Assembly: GCA_963797965.1 (NCBI GenBank)
Contig: CAWCRK010000002.1
Coordinates: 306,034-370,033, forward strand
From: an uncultured Alphaproteobacteria bacterium
GTDB taxonomy: Bacteria; Pseudomonadota; Alphaproteobacteria; Sphingomonadales; Sphingomonadaceae
DNA: 64,000 nt
Direction: 5' to 3'
Below are positions 35,046-45,092 of the stretch, one piece after another. The first letter of the stretch is position 1. Each line of letters opens with the position of its first letter. Position numbers and translations under genes: made by a program. Below the pieces are notes generated by a model. That model searched no databases and had not been told where the DNA came from. It saw only the letters and a program-made list of their open reading frames with translations.

Positions 35046-35207
35046 TACCTACTACCGATGCGAAAGAGCCAAGCGGACCAACGGGTGACCCGCAAACAAA
35101 AAGAAAGGCCAGCCCCGCACTGCTCCGGTGTCCCGGATGCGGGCGACCTTTCGTGAATTCTTTTGAAGAGGACCGCGCGAAGCGACGAATCCCCGTCGGT
35201 GAGCGCG

Positions 35208-35236
35208 CATATACGCAGAGGTCCTACATCTGGCAA
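35208..35236 (-). promoter_or_regulatory. Putative sigma70 promoter of the S10 operon
   Basis: TTGCCA-N17-TATATG followed by GC-rich discriminator. Confidence 0.65.
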
Positions 35237-35315
35237 CCCCCGATTTCCGCCCAGCGAAACCGACGGTCGAGACCCGCGCCGAACCGTGCCGCCCGGGCGG
35301 TCCAACGCCCCCTCC

Positions 35316-35362
35316 AACAAGCAGAAGGCCCGCCCTCCCCTGTCGGGAGAACGGGCCTTCGA
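35316..35362 (-). terminator. Terminator hairpin after tuf
   Basis: GAAGGCCCGTTCTCCC-gaca-GGGGAGGGCGGGCCTTC then TGCTTGTT. Confidence 0.75.
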
Positions 35363-35382
35363 AGCTTTGAGTCAGCCGAAGC

Positions 35383-36561
35383 TTACTTCGTGATCGAGCT
35401 GACAACCCCCGAACCGACGGTGCGGCCACCTTCGCGGATAGCGAAGCGCAGACCTTCGTCCATGGCGATCGGTGCGATCAGCTTGACGTCGATCGTCACG
35501 TTGTCGCCCGGCATCACCATTTCGGTGCCTTCGGGAAGGATCGACTTCGCCGGTCACGTCGGTGGTGCGGAAGTAGAACTGCGGACGGTAGTTGGCGAAG
35601 AACGGCGTGTGACGGCCACCTTCGTCCTTCGACAGGACGTAGACTTCGGCGCTGAATTCGGTGTGCGGCGTAACCGAACCGGGCTTGGCCAGAACCTGGC
35701 CACGCTCGACGTCTTCACGGCCAACGCCGCGGATCAGGGCACCGATGTTGTCGCCGGCTTCACCGCGATCGAGCAGCTTGCGGAACATTTCGACGCCGGT
35801 GACGGTCGTCTTGCTGGTGTCCTTGATGCCGACGATTTCGACTTCGTCGCCAACGTTCACGATGCCGGTTTCGACACGGCCGGTCACAACCGTACCACGA
35901 CCCGAGATCGAGAACACGTCTTCGATCGGCATCAGGAACGGCTTGTCGACCGGACGATCGGGCTGCGGGATGTGCTCGTCGACAGCGTCCATCAGTTCGA
36001 TGATCGAGTTCTTGCCGATTTCGTCGTCGCGACCTTCGAGAGCGGCCAGAGCCGAACCCTTGATGATCGGAATGTTGTCGCCGTCGAAGTCGTAGCTCGA
36101 AAGCAGTTCGCGGACTTCCAGTTCGACCAGCTCGAGGATTTCCTCGTCGTCGACCTGGTCGACCTTGTTCATGTACACGACCAGCGCCGGAACGCCGACC
36201 TGACGAGCAAGCAGGATGTGCTCGCGCGTCTGCGGCATCGGGCCGTCGGCTGCGTTCACGACCAGGATCGCGCCGTCCATCTGGGCAGCACCGGTGATCA
36301 TGTTCTTCACGTAGTCGGCGTGGCCCGGGCAATCGACGTGCGCATAGTGGCGCGTTGTCGGTTTCGTACTCGACGTGTGCGGTCGAGATGGTGATGCCGC
36401 GCTCGCGCTCTTCGGGAGCCTTGTCGATGTTTGCGAAATCGACGGCCGAATCCCATGACCTTGGTGATCGCCGCAGTCAGCGTGGTCTTGCCGTGGTCGA
36501 CGTGACCGATGGTGCCGATGTTGCAGTGCGGCTTGTTCCGCTCGAATTTTTCCTTCGCCAT
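35383..36561 (-). CDS. tuf: Elongation factor Tu (frameshifts)
   Basis: [39 protein letters not shown]. Confidence 0.97.
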
Positions 36562-36653
36562 TTTACAATAACCTCTGTCTTAAAATTAGGGATTTCCGGC
36601 GGGGAAACGGCACCCGCTTGAATCAGGCGCCGCCCCTAGACGGTGAAGCTGCC

Positions 36654-38786
<2,133 letters not shown>

Positions 38787-38864
38787 GGATATTCTCGTGC
38801 GCATATCGGAGGTTCTGCCCCCATGTAGGAATGTGCGCGTGACGCCGCCCCGGTCCTCCAAGTC

Positions 38865-39336
<472 letters not shown>

Positions 39337-39391
39337 GTTTGCTAACTCCTTCGGAGAGCGGCAGCACATCCGATGCTGGCCTTGCGGCACC

Positions 39392-39457
39392 AGCCCGCTC
39401 CCCCACCCGGCCACAAAGATCCTACCCTCGTAGGGGTGACCGGGTGGGGGAGCGGGC
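39392..39457. repeat. Long GC-rich palindrome (REP-like) between rpsL and rpsG
   Basis: GCCCGCTCCCCCACCCGG ... CCGGGTGGGGGAGCGGGC, 18-bp perfect inverted repeat. Confidence 0.75.
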
Positions 39458-39475
39458 CGCTACCGCGCTAAAACC

Positions 39476-39847
39476 TTACTTCGGACGCTTGGCGCCGTAC
39501 TTCGAACGGGACTGCTTGCGGTCCTTGACGCCCTGCGTATCGAGCACGCCGCGCAGGACGTGGTAACGAACGCCGGGAAGGTCGCGCACACGGCCGCCGC
39601 GGATCAGCACGACGCTGTGTTCCTGCAGGTTGTGGCCTTCGCCCGGAATGTAGGTGATGACTTCGCGCTGGTTGGTCAGGCGGACCTTGGCCACCTTGCG
39701 CAGAGCCGAGTTCGGCTTCTTCGGGGTCGTCGTGTAGACGCGGGTGCAAACGCCGCGCTTCTGCGGGTTCTGCTCCATCGCAGGGACCTTGGACTTGGCC
39801 TTCTGCGGAACGCGGCCCTTGCGGACCAGCTGGTTGATTGTCGGCAT
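39476..39847 (-). CDS. rpsL: 30S ribosomal protein S12
   Basis: [26 protein letters not shown]. Confidence 0.98.
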   Translation of the reverse strand: MPTINQLVRKGRVPQKAKSKVPAMEQNPQKRGVCTRVYTTTPKKPNSALRKVAKVRLTNQREVITYIPGEGHNLQEHSVVLIRGGRVRDLPGVRYHVLRGVLDTQGVKDRKQSRSKYGAKRPK

Positions 39848-40051
39848 ATGAGTTCTTTCTCTTCACCGTTGAATGGTGACGACTAGCGGGTGACAAGTGT
39901 TACGATCGGGTCCGTGCAGCGACCACGCACGCGGCGCTTGCAAAGCACCGGGGCGGCCTGTTCGCACGAGCCTGAAACGCTCCACCCATCGGCCCACACG
40001 GCCACCGGGTTACTCTGACGGCTGCCCCGAACGGGTTTCCCCGCTGCAATA

Positions 40052-40086
40052 GAAAAGAGCCTCATCGCATATAGCGACAGGCCCCC
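40052..40086 (-). terminator. Terminator-like hairpin within the rpsL leader
   Basis: GGGGGCCTGTCGC-tatat-GCGATGAGGCTC followed by TTTTCT. Confidence 0.55.
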
Positions 40087-40195
40087 GGGACATAACCGGC
40101 AATGTTCAGCTCTATCTGACCGGCGTAGGATGCGCGCGAGACGATTCCCTCACCGGATGGCCGCGCACATAGTGCGGGAGGGGGAATGGGTCAAG
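40081..40195 (-). repeat. 115-bp direct repeat, copy 1 (promoter plus structured leader of rpsL)
   Basis: Aligns without gaps to 41122-41236 (13 mismatches by manual count); contains TTGACC-N17-TATGTG. Confidence 0.9.
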
Positions 40196-40607
40196 ACGCA
40201 TCCGGCCCTTCGGCGCTGAGTTGTCGCAGGTGTTCGGCGACTGCCAGATCGAGGTCCTGGTAGACATAAGGCCCCACGCGATATTCGTATACCGATTTCG
40301 TCTCGACACCATCGGCAAGCGGGATAGACGGATGACGTACCGCCCCGCCTTCGTCTTCCCACGATGCGACGGGTTCGATTGCGACAGGCTTGGCGGTCTC
40401 ACCGGCATATGTGCCATAGATGATGGCCGGCGATCCATCCGGCGCAGCGGACGTATCGGCCAGCGGATGCACACCTCTGAGCGCGCGCACGCGTTCGGCA
40501 TACACGGCGACCTTGGCGAAATGATCGTCCTTGCCCGGACCATCGCCTGCGGCTGCGGCCTTCATCACCTCGACCTGATGCTTGTGCAGTAATTCGTTGA
40601 GATCCAT
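40191..40607 (-). CDS. Hypothetical protein (MDLNELL..WEDEGG..YRVGPYVY)
   Basis: 138-aa ORF downstream of the cold-shock-domain gene; its stop codon lies in the -35 box of repeat copy 1. Confidence 0.75.
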   Translation of the reverse strand: MDLNELLHKHQVEVMKAAAAGDGPGKDDHFAKVAVYAERVRALRGVHPLADTSAAPDGSPAIIYGTYAGETAKPVAIEPVASWEDEGGAVRHPSIPLADGVETKSVYEYRVGPYVYQDLDLAVAEHLRQLSAEGPDAS

Positions 40608-40689
40608 GGCCCGACCCGCCTTAGTTAACTGTGTGAGCTTGAAGAACGGCCCGGGCGCACAGTGAGCGCGCCCGGGATATCGTCATGGA

Positions 40690-40953
40690 TCAGCCCTGCT
40701 GCTTGCTGGCCTGTTCGCCCTGGCTGTCGCCCTTGCCGCCACCCTGCTCTTCCTGGCGCAGGTTGATCGCCTGCGGCTGCCCGCCGCCGACCTGCTTCGT
40801 TTCGTAACCGAAACGCTGGCCCTGCTCGGGAGCGGAGGATTCCGTCTTGAGGTCGGACTTTTCGAACTTCAGCGCGTCCCCGCCCTTTTCAGGAGTAATC
40901 ATGCCGTGGCCCTTGCCGCTGTCGTAGCTCTTGATGGTGCCATAATGGGTCAT
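40690..40953 (-). CDS. Atypical cold-shock-domain protein
   Basis: GTIKSYDSGKGHGMITPEKGGD aligns with the CSD N-terminus; AAAGGA RBS; GC hairpin follows at 40650-40677. Confidence 0.8.
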   Translation of the reverse strand: MTHYGTIKSYDSGKGHGMITPEKGGDALKFEKSDLKTESSAPEQGQRFGYETKQVGGGQPQAINLRQEEQGGGKGDSQGEQASKQQG

Positions 40954-41121
40954 GGGAAATGCATCCTTTCATGTCGCGCAGGCGTTCATCAGCGACCGCT
41001 TGTGCGCGGGCTAGAAGGCGAAATGGAAAGAAGGGAGGGCAACTGGCCCCCGGGACCGTCGATCGCGACTGGTAGCTAACTGTTATATGGGAGTAGGACG
41101 GTGGAATACAAGGGGGGGGAA

Positions 41122-41236
41122 GCCCCCGGGACATAACCGACAATGTTCAGCTCTATCTGGCCAGCGTTGGATGCGCGCGAGGCGGTTCCCCCACCGGGTG
41201 GCCACGCACATCGTGTGCGAGGGGGGATGGGTCAAG
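41122..41236 (-). repeat. 115-bp direct repeat, copy 2
   Basis: Diverged copy of 40081-40195, ending where the terminator hairpin of copy 1 begins. Confidence 0.9.
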
Positions 41237-41276
41237 GGAGTTGCGAAGAGGTAGTCAAGCCCAACTTCAACGCAAG

Positions 41277-41717
41277 CTAGGATGTTAACGCGGGATGCAC
41301 CTCTGACACAGACAATGCAATCATATCGCGCAGGGCTATAGCTCCATCATCCTCACTAGATGGGATGCCGTGAACCAACGCATGAGACGGATCATCAATA
41401 CACCCCTCTCTCGTGCGCTCATCGGTCTCAAGCAAGAAGGATGCCTCCGCGGCTTCGACAACCTTTTTTATCTCAGCTGCCGTTATCTGAGCGAAGCGCC
41501 CAGTCTTGCGAATGGTCATCCAAGACGCAACAACTTCTCGCAATCGAGCTAGGTCTGTCTCTTTATCGTTATGAAAAACACCTAATCGATTAACAGACAA
41601 GCACCCCTCGTCGGCTGGTCGAGGTTTGAACGCTCCTCCAGTGACTGTATCGCCATCGACGAGCCCTCCAGATGCGTATCTGATAATCTCACAATCAGCG
41701 CCTATCGCATCACCCAA
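41277..41717 (-). CDS. Hypothetical protein, candidate ADP-ribosyltransferase-like toxin
   Basis: TTG start with AAGGGG RBS 4 nt after the upstream stop; motifs IIR(13)Y, AF-x-PR, LS(41)V, DPSH(112)A. Confidence 0.6.
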   Translation of the reverse strand: MGDAIGADCEIIRYASGGLVDGDTVTGGAFKPRPADEGCLSVNRLGVFHNDKETDLARLREVVASWMTIRKTGRFAQITAAEIKKVVEAAEASFLLETDERTREGCIDDPSHALVHGIPSSEDDGAIALRDMIALSVSEVHPALTS

Positions 41718-41721
41718 TATG

Positions 41722-42264
41722 CTACCCCTTTAGCAAATGCTCCACTTTGTGAGCCTTAATTAGCTGTAGAACCTGTTGAACGTTAGAGACGCCTGTCGCG
41801 CGGTTAATCTCGCCCTCCGCATTAGCGAAGAAAACGAACTGCACCTCGCTTTCGCTTCGAAATATCAAAGCCAACTGTTCTGATTGCGCATTCCTCCAAA
41901 TAGCCCTGAAGTGACCCCCATCGGTTATTACCACACTCGGGCATGTGTTCGAAAACTGAAAGACAAAAGCCTTTAATAGTCTCTCTGATTCGTCCGATAA
42001 AGCTAAGTCGTCTTCTTCAGCTATCTCGTTCAATGTAGCTAATCGTTGTAAAACATCCTTATGAAATGCGGCAGCTTTGACATTAACGACTTTGGGACTA
42101 ACCGTAAGAACGGGTTGCCCATTTGATGCACTCCCAAGTGACGGGGTTAACAACGCCAATACAGCGAATGGCGCAGCTAAATTAGCGCCGTAATTAGACG
42201 CGATAAGCGAACGATTAGATGAATTCTTTGATGAAGAAAAAGAGGAGTGACAAACCTGCATCAC
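41722..42264 (-). CDS. Hypothetical protein, candidate antitoxin/immunity protein
   Basis: Start overlaps the upstream stop; low-complexity N-terminus, then RLATL..EDD..PSVVITDGGHFRAIW..LALIF domain. Confidence 0.65.
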   Translation of the reverse strand: MMQVCHSSFSSSKNSSNRSLIASNYGANLAAPFAVLALLTPSLGSASNGQPVLTVSPKVVNVKAAAFHKDVLQRLATLNEIAEEDDLALSDESERLLKAFVFQFSNTCPSVVITDGGHFRAIWRNAQSEQLALIFRSESEVQFVFFANAEGEINRATGVSNVQQVLQLIKAHKVEHLLKG

Positions 42265-42671
42265 ATCGTCCCCTCTACCAGTCCAACTTGCTGCTCTAAG
42301 TTTTTCAACAGTGACTGATATGATCCAAGATCAGACTCTTTCAATGCTTGAACCAGCGATAGAGCCAACTGGCCTGCGGTTTCCGGACCCAGCCTGAGGC
42401 TGCAAGTTTCTCGGTAAGCCTGTCCAAAATCAACGTTGTTGAAGCCTATTACATTCTCCGCTGTATCTAATGTCGCGGACTTCATATCGATGATTGTAGC
42501 TAGTCCAGAAATTGTGAAATCTCGCCCCATAAAACCGACGACAGCTATGTCGACCGGTGCAATCTCCAATCCGCTAGGTCGGTTTATAGGCACAACGCGC
42601 TCAGCATCGAGAACGGCATTGCCTGATCCAACTTGACCTTCACGTGCAAGCTCGCGCTTCTTCTTAATCAT
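42261..42671 (-). CDS. Hypothetical protein, DUF3467-like pattern
   Basis: GGAGG RBS 8 nt before ATG at 42671 (MIKKKRE); DFTI..SLRLGPETAGQLALSLVQAL pattern. Confidence 0.6.
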   Translation of the reverse strand: MIKKKRELAREGQVGSGNAVLDAERVVPINRPSGLEIAPVDIAVVGFMGRDFTISGLATIIDMKSATLDTAENVIGFNNVDFGQAYRETCSLRLGPETAGQLALSLVQALKESDLGSYQSLLKNLEQQVGLVEGTM

Positions 42672-43195
42672 TAATAATGCCTCCAACGCGACCTTGGTCG
42701 CAAGTAGATCCATACGTACATAAGGCGCCAACCAGAAAATTGCACCCAGGAGGGGCATCTTGGCAGTCTTTCTCAACTCACAGATCAAGCAAATAAGATA
42801 TTGATAACACGATCGAAAATTACCAGGTTTCACCAACCGCCGGCCGCGGAAACTTTGTCTAGGCCAGATATCGGCATTTCGCAAACTAGAGCGCCTGCCA
42901 CTTCCGCTGCCATATTATGCGAACTTTAGGAAATAGTTTCCTCTGCGAGATGGTGCGTGATGTACCCAGAACGCCGATCAAAGCGGGGTCGAAATCGCTC
43001 GCCAATCCTGGGAGGCTTAGCACCTCTTGTACTCTATAGCGCTTAATCACCTGTCTGCGCATGACTAAAACTTCCATCGATTTTGCGCTCGACCAACTCA
43101 GCCGGGTTCGCATCTTCCATCATGCGCTAGTCGATCTTCTGTCGAGCGAAAATCCAATTTCCTACTCCGCCGGAATGTGCATCCTGTGCGGGGCT

Positions 43196-43828
43196 ATGTC
43201 ATCGGAACGCCCCACCCCCACCCGCGCCACTCCCCGCCAGGCCACGTCCGCCGTCGCTCATGTCGCGCCGGAGCCCGAGGCGGGGGATCCGCTTCTCGAC
43301 TTCGCGCCCTATCTTCACAAGCAGCCGCGGCGTAATTCGATCACGCCGAACCTCCAGCGCAAGTTCATTGCGAAGCTCGCGTCCACCGGCATCGTCGTGC
43401 AGGCGGCGCGGCATATCGGCAGGAGCATGGAGGCGCTCTACAAATTGCGCAGCAAACCCGGGGCGGAGGGCTTTGCGGCGGCCTGGGACGAGGCGGTCGA
43501 GCGCGGGGTGGACCGGCTCGAGGACGCGGCGCTCGCCCGCGCGATCGAGGGCGTGCCGGAGTGGAAGCACACGCCCGATGGCGGTGTCATCACCTATGGC
43601 GTGAAGCATAACGAGGCGCTGGTGATGTTCTTCCTGCGCAATCGCCGGCCCGAGCGCTATTCCGAACATATCCGCCCCGGCCACCCGGTCTACGAGCGCA
43701 TCCGCCGCGAAGTGCTGGCCTCTCTGCCCGCGGCTTCACTTGGCGGGGATCACACCCAGGAATGCACCCTGTCCCGCCACTTCGCCGACCGGCTCGCGCT
43801 GGAGGGCAAGGCGGGAAAGCAGGGCTAG
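43196..43828 (+). CDS. HTH protein resembling phage terminase small subunit
   Basis: FIAKLASTGIVVQAARHIG..LYKLR..FAAAWDEA..RLEDAALARAIEG..LVMFFLRNRRPERY. Confidence 0.65.
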   Translation: MSSERPTPTRATPRQATSAVAHVAPEPEAGDPLLDFAPYLHKQPRRNSITPNLQRKFIAKLASTGIVVQAARHIGRSMEALYKLRSKPGAEGFAAAWDEAVERGVDRLEDAALARAIEGVPEWKHTPDGGVITYGVKHNEALVMFFLRNRRPERYSEHIRPGHPVYERIRREVLASLPAASLGGDHTQECTLSRHFADRLALEGKAGKQG

Positions 43829-44472
43829 CAGGTGAAGGTGGTGAGGCCCTGCGTGTTGCTGATCGCGTTGTTCTGCCGCCCGCGCACGTTGAAGGCGCTT
43901 TCGTAGCGGATCGTCGGCGGATCGAAGAACCCGGTCGAAACCAGCGGCTGGTACTCGTAGCTGACTTCCACGACCATCACCGCGGTGTCGTCGCCTGCCA
44001 CGATCTTTCTGGCGCCGGTGCCCATGCCATCCTCGAGCGAGTCATCGTCCGCGCCGTCGCCTTCCTCGCCATAGGCCGGGTCGACGTCCAGATCGCCCCA
44101 GCAGCGTTGCCAGGTGATGACCTGCCCCTCGTCGCCGCCCGTCTGGCCGTTCGGCTCGAGCGAGGAGAGGACCATGCGGCCATGGGGCTTGAAGTCGAGC
44201 CCGCCCGAGATGATCTGAGCTCCGGTGAAGACCTCGTGGATGTTCGCCTCGTCGATGCCCGACATCACGCGGCCCGCATCGTCGGCCACGGTCATCGCCA
44301 TCTGGTTCACCTTGAGGTGCGAGAGCGCGAGGTTGGCCAGCTCCAGCCCGGTCAGCGTCAGGGTCAAGAACACCGGCGCAGCGATGGCGAATTCGATCAT
44401 CGCCACGCCGTCCTGGTCCCTGCGCAAGGGGTGGCGCCTGGCCCGCTCGATCATTGCCTTGAAATGTCTCAT
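43825..44472 (-). CDS. TadE/TadF-family Flp pseudopilin
   Basis: Prepilin motif G|VAMIEFAIAAP. Confidence 0.85.
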   Translation of the reverse strand: MRHFKAMIERARRHPLRRDQDGVAMIEFAIAAPVFLTLTLTGLELANLALSHLKVNQMAMTVADDAGRVMSGIDEANIHEVFTGAQIISGGLDFKPHGRMVLSSLEPNGQTGGDEGQVITWQRCWGDLDVDPAYGEEGDGADDDSLEDGMGTGARKIVAGDDTAVMVVEVSYEYQPLVSTGFFDPPTIRYESAFNVRGRQNNAISNTQGLTTFTC

Positions 44473-45092
44473 CCGCATAGCACCGGGGCAGTCTGCAGCG
44501 CCTGATAGGGCTGGTTGCGAACCGCCGTCTCCACAGTGAAATCGATCGTCTTGTCCATCCTCGGAATGAAGGCATGGATGGGCAGCAGGCGCGGGGTGGA
44601 TACGCTGGCGTTGTAAAGCACCACGTCGTTGGCCCCGCCGCGGCCACTTGTCCCCGTGTCGGTATCGTACACGCCGTTTTCCTTGGTATCTTCCCAGCAA
44701 TCCCCGTCGGCGGCGTCGAATTCGCCATTACCGTTATGATCGGTCATCAGCTTTTCAGGGTTGCCGATGTTGGAAAACTCGAAAAAGCTTTGCTGCGTCA
44801 CGGTCACGGTCGCCTTGGGAGCGACGTGCTTGACCGTCCCGGAGATCAAGCCCGCGACCTTCTCCTCCACCGTGTTGCCCGGCGTCGAGATTTGCGGGTT
44901 TTCCACCGACGCGGTACGGGCCGCATCGTTGAGCGCTCCTTGCAGGACGGACCGGACGTAGCTCTGATATCCGATCTCCAGTCCGCCCAGCAGCAACAGC
45001 AGCATCGGCGGCGTGATGAGGGCGAATTCGACAACTGTCACGCCACGGACATCCCGGCGCAACCTGTGTTTGACACGTGCAAACCTGCTCAT
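44469..45092 (-). CDS. TadE-family Flp pseudopilin
   Basis: G|VTVVEFALITP; C-terminal RNQPY; DxDxNG-like calcium-binding loops. Confidence 0.88.
   Translation of the reverse strand: MSRFARVKHRLRRDVRGVTVVEFALITPPMLLLLLGGLEIGYQSYVRSVLQGALNDAARTASVENPQISTPGNTVEEKVAGLISGTVKHVAPKATVTVTQQSFFEFSNIGNPEKLMTDHNGNGEFDAADGDCWEDTKENGVYDTDTGTSGRGGANDVVLYNASVSTPRLLPIHAFIPRMDKTIDFTVETAVRNQPYQALQTAPVLCG

Larger units (their letters stand above)
41240..43150. other. Low-GC horizontally acquired islet
   Basis: Abrupt AT enrichment (23/60 GC at 42001-42060, 30/60 at 41341-41400) against GC-rich flanks; boundaries approximate. Confidence 0.8.

Noticed and set aside
40081-41236. CRISPR array or IS terminal repeats
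   Set aside because: Only two direct copies of 115 bp about 1 kb apart; no cas or transposase gene.
42672-43195. N-terminal extensions of ORFs 42261-42884 and 43061-43828, and ORF 42886-43113
   Set aside because: A strong GGAGG RBS supports a start at 42671; the extensions have non-protein-like composition and overlap each other on opposite strands.
40081-43828. Prophage or integrative element with att sites
   Set aside because: No integrase, transposase, tRNA target or structural phage genes; only a lone TerS-like gene.
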